The translations under genes and the position numbers were made by a program. From an uncultured Bacilli bacterium (lineage in GTDB: Bacteria; Bacillota_I; Bacilli_A; RF39; UBA660): 29,017 nt of DNA. Shown piece by piece: positions 9,017 to 18,670 of this stretch. The notes under the pieces are model-generated. The model made no database searches, was not told the origin of the DNA, and was given only the letters and a program-made list of their open reading frames with translations. The stretch covers positions 1 through 29,017 of the forward strand of contig CANPYA010000001.1 in NCBI GenBank assembly GCA_947587565.1, in the 5' to 3' direction. Each line of letters starts with the position of its first letter. The stretch's first letter is position 1.

Positions 9017-9732
9017 TGGCTAAAGAAGTATTAAACGATTTATATGATTATGGTTTAAAAATATATCAATATCCTAGTTATTTTAAATTTTCTTTAGATT
9101 CTATTTTACTTGCCGAACTAGTTAAAGTTACTAATAAAACTAAAACTATCCTTGATTTATGCAGCGGAAATGGCGCTATTCCGTTAATTTTAAGTACTAA
9201 AACTAAAGCACAAATTACCGGTGTTGAAATTCAAAATGATATTTATGAATTAGGTAGACGGAGTATTTCTTACAATAATTTAAATAAGCAAATTGAATTT
9301 GTTAATGCCGACATTAAAAACTATAGTGAGTCTATAGGTAATAAAAAGTATGATATAATAACATGTAACCCGCCATATTTTAAAGTAAGCAATTTAGATT
9401 ATACAAATAAATCAGATGGTTTAAGTATTGCAAGACATGAGTTAAAGATTACTTTAGAAGATATTTTTAAAATAGCTAGTATGCATTTAAATACGAAAGG
9501 TGAATTTTATTTAGTCCATCATATTGATCGGTTAGATGAAATAATTATTTTAGCAAATAAATATAAATTAAATGTTAAAAATTTAACTTTAGTTAAAACA
9601 AAGGAAGAAAACAAACCAACTATTGTATTAGTTAGATGTCTTAAAGATGCTGATTTAGGAATAAAAATTGGAAATATTTATAATATTGATGGGTTAAAAA
9701 CTTATCAAAATATGTTTAAGGAGGAATTATGA
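9016..9732 (+). CDS. yabB: tRNA1(Val) (adenine-37-N6)-methyltransferase family (TrmN6/YabB)
   Basis: FSLDSILLA, SAM motif LDLCSGNG, catalytic CNPPYF, ARHE. Confidence 0.85.
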   Translation: MAKEVLNDLYDYGLKIYQYPSYFKFSLDSILLAELVKVTNKTKTILDLCSGNGAIPLILSTKTKAQITGVEIQNDIYELGRRSISYNNLNKQIEFVNADIKNYSESIGNKKYDIITCNPPYFKVSNLDYTNKSDGLSIARHELKITLEDIFKIASMHLNTKGEFYLVHHIDRLDEIIILANKYKLNVKNLTLVKTKEENKPTIVLVRCLKDADLGIKIGNIYNIDGLKTYQNMFKEEL

Positions 9733-10277
9733 AATTAATTGTTGGGTTAGGTAATCCGGGTCGCGAATATAAAAATACGCGGCATAATGTTGGATTTATG
9801 GTTCTTGATGATTATTTAGGTAAAGTTGATTGGAAAAATAAAGTTGAAGCCTACCTATATAAAGAAGGTGAAGGCGATAATACGGTAATTTATATAAAAC
9901 CTTTAACATATATGAATTTATCAGGTTTAGCAGTTAGTAAGTTTGCTAAATTTTATAAGATAAAACCAGAAGATATATTAGTTATTCAAGATGATTTAGA
10001 TATGGAAGTTGGAACTTTTAAAATTAAAAGAAATAGTTCAGCCGGTGGCCATAATGGTATTAAATCCATAATTAAAGAATTAGAAAGTGAAGAATTTGCT
10101 CGACTTAAAATTGGTATTGGTAAAAGTGCTACGATTCCGACTGATAAATATGTTTTAGGTAAATTTACTAAAAATGAATTAGAAAGTATTTTAAGTAATA
10201 CAGCTAGTTATAATAAAATAATTGATTTGTTTATAAATAATGGTATAGAAAAAGCCTTAAATTATAATAATAATTAA
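9729..10277 (+). CDS. pth: Peptidyl-tRNA hydrolase
   Basis: LIVGLGNPG, TRHNVGF, KPLTYMNLSG, GGHNGIKS, RLKIGIG. Confidence 0.96.
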   Translation: MKLIVGLGNPGREYKNTRHNVGFMVLDDYLGKVDWKNKVEAYLYKEGEGDNTVIYIKPLTYMNLSGLAVSKFAKFYKIKPEDILVIQDDLDMEVGTFKIKRNSSAGGHNGIKSIIKELESEEFARLKIGIGKSATIPTDKYVLGKFTKNELESILSNTASYNKIIDLFINNGIEKALNYNNN

Positions 10278-10297
10278 GGTATAAAAATGGGTATGAT

Positions 10298-13200
10298 ATG
10301 AATTTAAGTAAATATTTTAATTTTGCAAATGGTAAAACGACATATGGGTTAACGACTGAGTTAATCGCTTTTTTCGTGAGTGAACTTTATAATCAAAAGA
10401 AAGAAAATATCATTTTAGTAGCTAGTAATCTTTATGAAAGTAATAAATTATATAATGCCATAAAATTACACCAAGCAAATTGTGAATTATTTCCAATGGA
10501 TGATTTCATTACTTCCAAGGTTGTTGCTATGTCACCCGAATTTGAAATAGGCAGACTTAATGTTTTAGAAAAAATTAAAAACGAAAAATTAATTATTGTC
10601 ACTAATTTAATGGGATATCTTAAATATTTACCGAGTATTAATTCAAAAAATAGTATAACTTTAACCCCAGACATGTCTTTAAATAGAGAAGAATTTATTA
10701 ATACTTTAAATGAATTTGGTTATAAAAGAGAATCAATGGTTACAATGAGTGGCGAGTATTCCGTTCGTGGTTTTATCATGGATATTTTTGTAATTAATGA
10801 AAATCATCCGATAAGAATTGAATTTTTTGGTGACTCGATTGAATCCATTCGTTACTTTGATGAAAATACCCAAAGGACAATATCTGATACTAAAGAGATA
10901 GTAATAAAACCTTTTCAAGAAATTGCGACCGATGAAAAAAATTCGCTATACGATTATACAAAAGGTATAGTTATTTATTATAATAAAGACCAAATTGATG
11001 TAGCGTACGAGAAACTAGCTAATGAGATAGTGGAATATCAAGAAGAAAAAGATGAACATACAAAATATATGTATGAACTTAGTGAAATAAGTCCAAGTTA
11101 TGAATTATATCTAGATACTATTAATAATCCAACTGACACAGTAGCTAAAGAAATACCACCATTTAATGAAAATTTTGAATATTTAAAAGATACGGTTTAT
11201 AAATGGGAAAAAGAAGGTAAAGAAATCTATTTTTATCTTCCTAAAGATAGTGAAATTAAAATAATTAAAGAATATATTCCACATGTCAAAATAATTAAAG
11301 AAAGAATCGGTAAAGGCTTTATTTTAAACAATATTGTTTGTATTTCAGAATATGATATCGGTATTCAAGTTAATAAAGAAGCAAAGTATAAAAATAATTT
11401 ACATATTGGTAAAAAAATTAAAAGTTATAATGATTTAGAAAAAGGCGACTATGTAGTTCATATTAACCATGGTATAGGTATTTATAATGGTTTAGTTACT
11501 TTAACTAAAGATGGAATGCAAAAAGATTATATTCAAATTTTATATGAAGGCAATGATAAAATCTATATCCCAGTTGAAAAAATAAATACTATTTACAAAT
11601 ATTCTGATAAAAATGGTGCCGAGCCAAAATTAAATAAGCTAAATTCTGCTAGTTGGGCTAAAACTAAGACTTATATTAAAGCCAAAGCCAAAGATATTTC
11701 TCAAGAATTATTAAAACTTTATACCGAAAGAGCCAAAATTAAGGGTGTACCTTATAAAAATTATGCTGATGAAGCCATATTTGCGAGTTCCTTTCAATAT
11801 ACAGAAACTAAAGACCAATCAAAGGCTATCGCGGAAATTAGTAATGATTTAAATAAAGAAACGCCAATGGATCGTTTATTATGTGGTGATGTTGGCTTTG
11901 GTAAAACCGAAGTGGCAATGCGAGCTATTTTTAAAACAGTTATTAATAATTATCAAGTAATGTATTTATGTCCTACCACAATTTTGGCTAAGCAACAATA
12001 TAATGTAATTAAAGAAAGATTTAAAGATATACCGGTCGAAATTCGCCTTTTAAATCGTTTTACTAGTCCTAAAGAAGAAAAATATATTTTAGAAAAATGT
12101 GAAACAGGTGGTATTGATGTTTTAGTAGGTACCCATCGCATATTAAGTGATGATGTTAAAATGCAAAAACTAGGATTACTCGTAGTTGATGAAGAACAAA
12201 GATTTGGGGTTAAACATAAAGAAAAAATTAAAGAATATAAAATTGATGTTAATGTTTTAACTTTATCCGCAACTCCAATTCCAAGAACCTTAAAGATGGC
12301 TTTATCCGGACTCAGAGATTTATCGATTATCGATACACCACCAGTTAATCGGTATCCAGTTCAAACTTATGTTGTCGAAGAGCAAGATTTACTTATAAGA
12401 GATGCGATTTATAAAGAATTATCAAGAAAAGGTCAAATATATATTTTATATAATCGAGTCGAAGATTTAGAAAAAGTTGTTAATCATATTAGTGAGTTAG
12501 TTCCTGAAGCAAGAATTATTTATGCCCATGGCAGAATGAGTAAAGAAGAGTTAGAAAAAGTAATGGATGACTTTGTAAGTCAAAAATACGATATTCTAAT
12601 ATGTACGACTATTATTGAAAATGGTATTGATATTCCCAATGCCAATACATTAATTGTTTATAATGCCGATAATTTTGGCCTTTCGCAATTATATCAAATT
12701 CGCGGTCGAGTTGGCCGAAGTGACAAAGTTGCTTATGCCTATCTATTGTATGATAAAAAGAAAATGCTTAATGAAATTGCGGTTAAAAGACTTCAAGCAA
12801 TTAAGGAATTTACTAATTTAGGTAGTGGTTATAAAATTGCGATGCGGGATTTGTCTTTAAGGGGTGCTGGCGATATTTTTGGAAGTGACCAAGCCGGTTT
12901 TGTTGATTCAGTTGGGATTTCTTTATATATGAAATTAATTGAAGATGAACTTAAAAAAGCCAAAGGTGAATATGTTGAAGAAGAGGAAGAAGATAAATCT
13001 AACTTAATTGAAGTTGCTACCCATATTAAAGATGAATATGTTTCTGATGAAGATGTTAAAATCGAAATTCATCAAAAAATTAATGAAATTGATTCTTTAG
13101 AAAAATTAAATGCCGTTAAAACCGAATTAGAGGACCGTTTTGGTAAGATTGATAAAGATATGGAAATCTATATGTATGAAGAATGGTTTACTAATTTATG

Positions 13201-13441
13201 TAAGATGTTAAATATAACAAAAGTTAATAAAACTGACAGATTTATTGAAATAACTTTACCTGAAGAATTATCTAAAAATATTAAAGGCGATAAATTATTA
13301 TTTGAAACAATGAGTATTTCTAATAAATTTAATTTAAAATATCTACATAATAATATAATTATTACTTTATTTTACAAAGGATTACCAGAACATTATATTT
13401 ATTACTTAGTTAAATTATTAATAGCTATTAAAGATAACTAG
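10298..13441 (+). CDS. mfd: Transcription-repair coupling factor
   Basis: GDYVVHINHGIG (RID), MDRLLCGDVGFGKTEVA, DEEQRFGV, SATPIPRTL, QIRGRVGR, MRDLSLRGAG; follows pth. Confidence 0.96.
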   Translation: MNLSKYFNFANGKTTYGLTTELIAFFVSELYNQKKENIILVASNLYESNKLYNAIKLHQANCELFPMDDFITSKVVAMSPEFEIGRLNVLEKIKNEKLIIVTNLMGYLKYLPSINSKNSITLTPDMSLNREEFINTLNEFGYKRESMVTMSGEYSVRGFIMDIFVINENHPIRIEFFGDSIESIRYFDENTQRTISDTKEIVIKPFQEIATDEKNSLYDYTKGIVIYYNKDQIDVAYEKLANEIVEYQEEKDEHTKYMYELSEISPSYELYLDTINNPTDTVAKEIPPFNENFEYLKDTVYKWEKEGKEIYFYLPKDSEIKIIKEYIPHVKIIKERIGKGFILNNIVCISEYDIGIQVNKEAKYKNNLHIGKKIKSYNDLEKGDYVVHINHGIGIYNGLVTLTKDGMQKDYIQILYEGNDKIYIPVEKINTIYKYSDKNGAEPKLNKLNSASWAKTKTYIKAKAKDISQELLKLYTERAKIKGVPYKNYADEAIFASSFQYTETKDQSKAIAEISNDLNKETPMDRLLCGDVGFGKTEVAMRAIFKTVINNYQVMYLCPTTILAKQQYNVIKERFKDIPVEIRLLNRFTSPKEEKYILEKCETGGIDVLVGTHRILSDDVKMQKLGLLVVDEEQRFGVKHKEKIKEYKIDVNVLTLSATPIPRTLKMALSGLRDLSIIDTPPVNRYPVQTYVVEEQDLLIRDAIYKELSRKGQIYILYNRVEDLEKVVNHISELVPEARIIYAHGRMSKEELEKVMDDFVSQKYDILICTTIIENGIDIPNANTLIVYNADNFGLSQLYQIRGRVGRSDKVAYAYLLYDKKKMLNEIAVKRLQAIKEFTNLGSGYKIAMRDLSLRGAGDIFGSDQAGFVDSVGISLYMKLIEDELKKAKGEYVEEEEEDKSNLIEVATHIKDEYVSDEDVKIEIHQKINEIDSLEKLNAVKTELEDRFGKIDKDMEIYMYEEWFTNLCKMLNITKVNKTDRFIEITLPEELSKNIKGDKLLFETMSISNKFNLKYLHNNIIITLFYKGLPEHYIYYLVKLLIAIKDN

Positions 13442-13443
13442 TA

Positions 13444-14262
13444 TTAATTTAACTTTTTCTTTTCTTTTTCGATATTTTTTATACTCTTAGTTGGTGTAGG
13501 TAAATCTTCTGGCATAGTTCCGCCTTGTTTGGCTATAAACACTCTTATATCTTTACCTATATTATAATGAATGTTATTTGCAGCATTTTCATTTGTTATA
13601 TTATCTCTTTTTAATTTTGCTTCAGTTTGAACTATTCTAAATAGATTATCAGCAAGTTCTTCACTTCCCATATTATCAAGTATATCTTCCCGATATCTTA
13701 AGCCTTTTCTTTTGGCAATATCATCAGCAGTTTCACCATTATAAAGACCTTTATAACCATAATTATGAAATCTATCAAAGTTTTTTACACCAGCATTTTT
13801 GGCAGTTTGATTTAAAGAAAAATTGCTTTTCTTAGTTAAATTTCTTTTATAGATTCTTTTTTCATCTTCACTTAAATTGTTATATTCTTCATCAGTTAAT
13901 TCCATTTTTCTCGTTTGAATTGCAAAATAAGTCTGACCTAAAGCAACAGTTTTAAATTTGGGATTAGCATTTTGTACTATTAAGTAGCAAGCATATCTAC
14001 TTAGTTTGTAATCAATGATTTGTTTGGCTGAAACCCCTGTTTTTACTATTTTGGGGTAAACTCCAAAATTGGAATTTATGGCATTTCCGCTTTGATAACA
14101 TGCAATTTGGGCTTTTTCGATAATAGTAGAAAATAATCGCCATTCTTTATAACCTAAAATTAATTGTAATTCCCTGGCAAGCCAAAATTCATTTCCTTTT
14201 TCATCAGTATGTTTAATTTCTTCAAATACTTTCTCTTGATATTTCATTAATTCATTTTTCAT
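13444..14262 (-). CDS. dinD: DNA-damage-inducible protein D (Bro-N-like N-terminus)
   Basis: EFWLARELQ..LGY, LSRYACYLIVQNANP, QTYFAIQTR, GYKGLYNG, ILDNMGSEELADNLFR, GGTMPEDLPTP; RBS AAGGAG on the minus strand. Confidence 0.88.
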   Translation of the reverse strand: MKNELMKYQEKVFEEIKHTDEKGNEFWLARELQLILGYKEWRLFSTIIEKAQIACYQSGNAINSNFGVYPKIVKTGVSAKQIIDYKLSRYACYLIVQNANPKFKTVALGQTYFAIQTRKMELTDEEYNNLSEDEKRIYKRNLTKKSNFSLNQTAKNAGVKNFDRFHNYGYKGLYNGETADDIAKRKGLRYREDILDNMGSEELADNLFRIVQTEAKLKRDNITNENAANNIHYNIGKDIRVFIAKQGGTMPEDLPTPTKSIKNIEKEKKKLN

Positions 14263-14363
14263 ATATTTCTTTCTCCTTCTACTTATAATATTCGCGCTTT
14301 TTAGTGAATTTTCTTTTTTTTCAGTAAAATTTCTTAAAAAAATTTAGAAAATTTAAATATTTT

Positions 14364-14392
14364 GTATAATAATCAAAAAATATTTCACACTA
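14364..14392 (+). promoter_or_regulatory. Putative forespore sigma-G-type promoter of spoVT
   Basis: GTATA (14364-14368), 17 nt, CACACTA (14386-14392), compared with the sigma-G consensus GNATA...CATACTA. Confidence 0.5.
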
Positions 14393-14413
14393 AAAATTAG
14401 GAGTGTGTAGTGT

Positions 14414-14923
14414 ATGTTAAAAAGTGGAATTACTAGAAGAATTGATGAACTAGGAAGAATTGTAGTTCCAAAAGAAATAAGGTATAACTTAGGTATTAGA
14501 GATGGTGAACCATTAGAAATTTATACAAACGATAATGCTATTATTATTAAAAAGTATTCGCAAGTCGAAAATATTAAAGATTTGGGAGAAATTCTTTGTA
14601 GTATTATAAGTGATACTTGTGATGTTGATATAATGATTACAGACCGGGAAAAAATTATTGCAACCAGTACAAATTTAAAGGATTTAGTTAATATTAAATT
14701 AGAGGAAAAACATAAAAAATTAATTGATAATCGAGAATCATATATTTCAAGTTCCTTAGAGGTTATCTATAATAAAAGTGTTTATTTAGTGGCAGTTCCT
14801 ATAATAACCCAATCAGATTGTAGTGGTCTAGTAATCGTTATGACAAATAAAAAGAATGATGAAAATTTAAAATATGCCAAAATCGTCCAAAAATTATTAA
14901 TTCAAAAATTAGATATAAATTAG
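14414..14923 (+). CDS. spoVT: Stage V sporulation protein T (AbrB-type N-domain plus GAF-like C-domain)
   Basis: SGITRRIDELGRIVVPKEIR...IRDGEPLEIY...IIIKKYS, ITDREKIIA, AVPIITQSDCSG; ~170 aa; downstream of mfd as in Bacillus. Confidence 0.85.
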   Translation: MLKSGITRRIDELGRIVVPKEIRYNLGIRDGEPLEIYTNDNAIIIKKYSQVENIKDLGEILCSIISDTCDVDIMITDREKIIATSTNLKDLVNIKLEEKHKKLIDNRESYISSSLEVIYNKSVYLVAVPIITQSDCSGLVIVMTNKKNDENLKYAKIVQKLLIQKLDIN

Positions 14924-14958
14924 AAATTCAATTTGTCTTTTTTATTTTAAATTGTCTC

Positions 14959-14987
14959 TTGAATTAAATATTAACTTATGCTAAACT
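14959..14987 (+). promoter_or_regulatory. sigma-A-type promoter of the T-box leader
   Basis: TTGAAT (14959-14964), 17 nt, TG-C-TAAACT (-10 at 14982-14987); start ~14994, just before T-box stem I. Confidence 0.65.
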
Positions 14988-14995
14988 AAACCTAG

Positions 14996-15197
14996 TTAGC
15001 GAAGAATTTGTTAAAAGATAATTATTAATACTACTATAAGAGAGTTAATGGTTGGTGTAAATTAATGGGTATGATAATTAGAGTATGGACAAAGGAGTTA
15101 AATTGCAGAAGTGCATTAAAACTATAAGCGTATGAATTTATTCATAAATAAAGGTGGTACCGCGGGTTAGCTCGTCCTTTTATTTATGAATTTTTTT
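14996..15197 (+). ncRNA. T-box riboswitch leader with Met (AUG) specifier
   Basis: Stem I ~14996-15101 with basal GA/K-turn, AGAGA bulge (15039-15043), GGTGTAA apical loop (15054-15060), AUG at 15085-15087 in the specifier loop; T-box AAGGTGGTACCGCG (15151-15164) pairing with CGTCCTT (15173-15179); metG in the downstream operon. Confidence 0.88.
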
Positions 15198-15210
15198 ATT
15201 GGAGGGATTT

Positions 15211-15828
15211 ATGAAGGCAATAATTTTTGATTTAGATAATACTTTGATACCTTGGTTAGATGATTATATAGATAAGATAATTAATGGTATGGTAAAGTTT
15301 AATGTAAAAAAAGAAAATACCTATAAAATATATGAACTAGTTGATGTTTATGAAAGTTCGCATAGTAAATTAGATAAAAAAGAATTGTTAGAATTTATGA
15401 ATGCTAAATTAGATAATAAATTAAAAATTGATTTAATTGATGATTATATTGATTTAATAAGTAGTTGTACTTATAAAGAAGAAGGAGTAGAAGAAACACT
15501 AGATTATTTATCAAAAAAATATGATTTATATGTTATAACTAATTGGTTTACCGCATCTCAAACAAAAAGATTAGAAACAGTTGGTTATGCTAAATATTTT
15601 AAACAAATAATTGGTGCTGATCAAAATTATTATAAACCTGATAAAAGAACCTTTGATATAATTTTAGAAAAATATAAATCAGAAGAATGTGTATCAGTTG
15701 GTGATTCCATAAAAAATGACATTGATTTACCTTTGTCTTTAGGAATGCAAGCCATTTGGAAGACTAATGAGACAAGTACAAAATATAAAACAATAAAGAA
15801 TATTTCTGATTTAAGGAATATATTATAG
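15211..15828 (+). CDS. HAD-superfamily hydrolase (YjjG/PynA-like nucleotidase)
   Basis: Motif I FDLDNTL, motif II ITN, motif III KP, motif IV VGDS..ND. Start moved to ATG 15211 behind GGAGGG. Confidence 0.82.
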   Translation: MKAIIFDLDNTLIPWLDDYIDKIINGMVKFNVKKENTYKIYELVDVYESSHSKLDKKELLEFMNAKLDNKLKIDLIDDYIDLISSCTYKEEGVEETLDYLSKKYDLYVITNWFTASQTKRLETVGYAKYFKQIIGADQNYYKPDKRTFDIILEKYKSEECVSVGDSIKNDIDLPLSLGMQAIWKTNETSTKYKTIKNISDLRNIL

Positions 15829-15839
15829 GGAGATAAAAA

Positions 15840-16334
15840 ATGGAAAGATATTTTGAAAAAATAAGTTTTGAACAATTTAAAAAAGATATTAAAGATGATA
15901 AGAAATTATATGAGGAATACAAATTGCCGGAGAGAAAAACGAAAAATAGTGCGGGTTATGATTTTCTAGCTATTGAAGATTTTGAATTAGCCCCTGGGGA
16001 AATAAAAAAGATACCTACCGGATATAAAGTAAAGATGCAACCTGATGAAGTATTATTTAATTTTGTGCGTAGTAGTATGGGATTTAAATATAATATTAGA
16101 CTTACTAATCAAGTTGGTATAATTGATAGCGATTATTACAATAATCCCGATAATGAAGGACATATGTTTATATCTTTACAAAATGAGGGTGATAAAGTAT
16201 TTAAGTGTCATAAAGGTGAAGGTTATGCGCAAGGCATATTTGTTAAATATTTAACTTGTGGTGAAGAAGTTAAGACAAAAAGAATTGGTGGAACAGGTAG
16301 TACCAATCAAGAAAGGAATGATAAAAATGAATAA
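15840..16334 (+). CDS. dut: Trimeric dUTP diphosphatase
   Basis: SAGYDF, IPTG, RSSMG, GIIDSDYY, YAQGIF, C-terminal RIGGTGST. Confidence 0.92.
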   Translation: MERYFEKISFEQFKKDIKDDKKLYEEYKLPERKTKNSAGYDFLAIEDFELAPGEIKKIPTGYKVKMQPDEVLFNFVRSSMGFKYNIRLTNQVGIIDSDYYNNPDNEGHMFISLQNEGDKVFKCHKGEGYAQGIFVKYLTCGEEVKTKRIGGTGSTNQERNDKNE

Positions 16335-17850
16335 AAATTTTTATATAACTACCCCAATATACTATCCAAGTGCGGAATTTCATATTGGTCATTGTTATAC
16401 GACCATAATTGCCGATGCTATTGCCCGTTATAAAAGACTAGCGGGTTATGATGTTTTCTTTCAAACAGGAACTGATGAACATGGTTTAAAGATTGAAAAT
16501 AAAGCCAAAGAAAAAGGAGTAACTCCCAAGGAATATGTTGATGTTATAATCGATAATGCCAAAGATTTATGGCAAAAACTAAATATTTCTTATGACTATT
16601 TTATAAGAACAACTGATGAACATCATATAGAAAGAGTTCAAAAAATATTTGAAAAATTATATAATCAAGGCGATATTTATAAAGGAGAATATAAAGGACT
16701 TTATTGTGTACCTTGTGAATCTTTTTGGACGGAAAGTCAACTTGTTGATGGTAAATGTCCCGACTGTGGCAGAGAAGTTAATTTAGTTACCGAAGAAGCT
16801 TACTTTTTTAAATTAAGTAAGTATCAAAAAAGATTAGAAGAATTTTATGAAGAAAATCCTAATTTTATTGCGCCAGTTTCGCGGAAAAATGAAATGTTAA
16901 ATAATTTTATTCGTCCCGGTTTAGAAGATTTATGTGTATCTCGAACAAGTTTTAAATGGGGTATTCCCGTTACTTTCGATGAAAAACATGTTATTTATGT
17001 GTGGATTGATGCTTTAACTAACTATATTACTAGTTTAGGTTATCCCGATATTACACCGGAATTTGAGAAATATTGGCCCGCCGATTTACATTTAGTAGGA
17101 AAAGAAATAGTGAGATTTCATACCATTATTTGGCCAGCTTTATTAATGGCACTAGATATACCTCTTCCAAAACAAGTCTTTGGTCATGGATGGCTTATTA
17201 TTGATGGAGGAAAAATAAGTAAAAGTCTAGGTAATTATAAAGATCCAAGAGATTATATCAATACTTATGGAGTTGATGCCGTTCGTTACTTTGCTTTAAG
17301 AGAAGTTCCTTTTGGTAGTGATGGTACTTTTTCAGAGAGTGCTTTAATAACAAGAACTAATGCCGATTTATGTAATATTTTAGGTAATCTTGTAAGTCGT
17401 ACTATTCAAATGGGTATTAAATATTTTGAAGGTAATGTAAAAAATTCAAAAGTTTATGAAGATATTGATAATGATTTACTAGATAGTGTTAAAAATTTAC
17501 GAGCTAAAGTGGATGGTAAAATTGATGAATTAAAAATTAATGAAGCTTTAGAAGAAATTTTTGATACTCTAAGAAAATGTAATAAATATATTGATGATAC
17601 AACTCCTTGGACTTTAGCAAAAGATGAAAGTAATTATCCAAGACTGGAAACAGTTATCTATAATTTACTTGAGGCCATAAGAGTATGTGCGACAATGTTA
17701 CAAGCTTTTATTCCAGAGACCGCTAATAAAATTTTTGCGGGTTTAAAAATAGATAATAATAATTTTGAAAATATTTATGATAATATTGAAGAATATCATT
17801 TAGGCTTAGAAAAACCCGCTAATCTATTTGAAAGGATTAAAGAAAATTAA
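16327..17850 (+). CDS. metG: Methionine--tRNA ligase (short form, no C-terminal Trbp111-like domain)
   Basis: FYITTPIYYPS, HIGH, GTDEHG, zinc knuckle, YVWIDAL, KISKS. Start moved from 16258 to ATG 16327 behind AAGGA. Confidence 0.96.
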   Translation: MNKNFYITTPIYYPSAEFHIGHCYTTIIADAIARYKRLAGYDVFFQTGTDEHGLKIENKAKEKGVTPKEYVDVIIDNAKDLWQKLNISYDYFIRTTDEHHIERVQKIFEKLYNQGDIYKGEYKGLYCVPCESFWTESQLVDGKCPDCGREVNLVTEEAYFFKLSKYQKRLEEFYEENPNFIAPVSRKNEMLNNFIRPGLEDLCVSRTSFKWGIPVTFDEKHVIYVWIDALTNYITSLGYPDITPEFEKYWPADLHLVGKEIVRFHTIIWPALLMALDIPLPKQVFGHGWLIIDGGKISKSLGNYKDPRDYINTYGVDAVRYFALREVPFGSDGTFSESALITRTNADLCNILGNLVSRTIQMGIKYFEGNVKNSKVYEDIDNDLLDSVKNLRAKVDGKIDELKINEALEEIFDTLRKCNKYIDDTTPWTLAKDESNYPRLETVIYNLLEAIRVCATMLQAFIPETANKIFAGLKIDNNNFENIYDNIEEYHLGLEKPANLFERIKEN

Positions 17851-18599
17851 TGTTTACTGATAGTCATTGTCATTTATATAAAGAATATTATGATGATATA
17901 GAAGAAGTAATAAATAATGCTATTAAAAATTCAGTAACTAGATATATTAATAATGGTTGTGATCAAAAATCTAATCAAGAGGTTTTAGAACTTGTCAGTA
18001 AATATTCAAATATGTATGGGACTTTAGGAATACATCCGGAAAATGTTTTAGAATATACCGAAGAAGATTTGACCTTTATTAAAGATAATTTAAATAATCC
18101 AAAAATTATTGCTATTGGTGAAATTGGTTTAGATTATCATTACGGAAAAGAAGATAAAGATAAACAAATAAAACTTTTAGAAAGACAACTTGAAATTGCG
18201 GAAGAATATAATATGCCAGTTATTATTCATAGTCGGGATGCTACTTTAGATACAATTAATACTTTAAAAAAATTTAAAGTTACGGGTGTTATTCATTCTT
18301 TCTCTGGCAGTTTAGAAACTGCCAGGGAATATATTAAAATGGGTTATTTATTAGGTATTAATGGGGTAATTACTTTTAAGAATGCTAATATCAAAGATGT
18401 TATAAAAGAAATACCTTTGGATTATTTAGTGTTAGAAACTGATAGTCCGTATCTTACTCCGGAACCATTTCGGGGTAAAAAAAATAGTCCTGCTCATATT
18501 TTAGACATTGCTAAATTTGTGGCGGATTTAAAAAATACTTCTTTAGGAGAATTAAGTAAAATAACAAATAATAATCTAAAAAGAGTATTTAAAATTTAA
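17850..18599 (+). CDS. tatD: TatD family hydrolase/DNase
   Basis: DSHCH, GIHP, AIGEIGLDY, IHSRDA, HSFSG, LETDSPYLTP; follows metG as in Bacillus. Confidence 0.94.
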   Translation: MFTDSHCHLYKEYYDDIEEVINNAIKNSVTRYINNGCDQKSNQEVLELVSKYSNMYGTLGIHPENVLEYTEEDLTFIKDNLNNPKIIAIGEIGLDYHYGKEDKDKQIKLLERQLEIAEEYNMPVIIHSRDATLDTINTLKKFKVTGVIHSFSGSLETAREYIKMGYLLGINGVITFKNANIKDVIKEIPLDYLVLETDSPYLTPEPFRGKKNSPAHILDIAKFVADLKNTSLGELSKITNNNLKRVFKI

Positions 18600-18632
18600 T
18601 GTTGAAAACTTAATGGTTATCAACATTTTTTT
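18598..18632 (+). terminator. Intrinsic terminator after tatD
   Basis: AATGTTGA...TCAACATT inverted repeat followed by T run. Confidence 0.65.
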
Positions 18633-18670
18633 ATGAATATAAACTTTTGGTAACAAACGTTATCATTTTT

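Noticed and set aside
10432-12141. Minus-strand ORFs 10432..10674, 10733..10918, 11953..12141
   Set aside because: Antisense shadows inside mfd.
14263-14413. LexA (SOS) box upstream of dinD
   Set aside because: No GAAC-N4-GTTC match on either strand.
15630-15875. 81-aa minus-strand ORF
   Set aside because: Antisense to the HAD and dut genes; no motifs.
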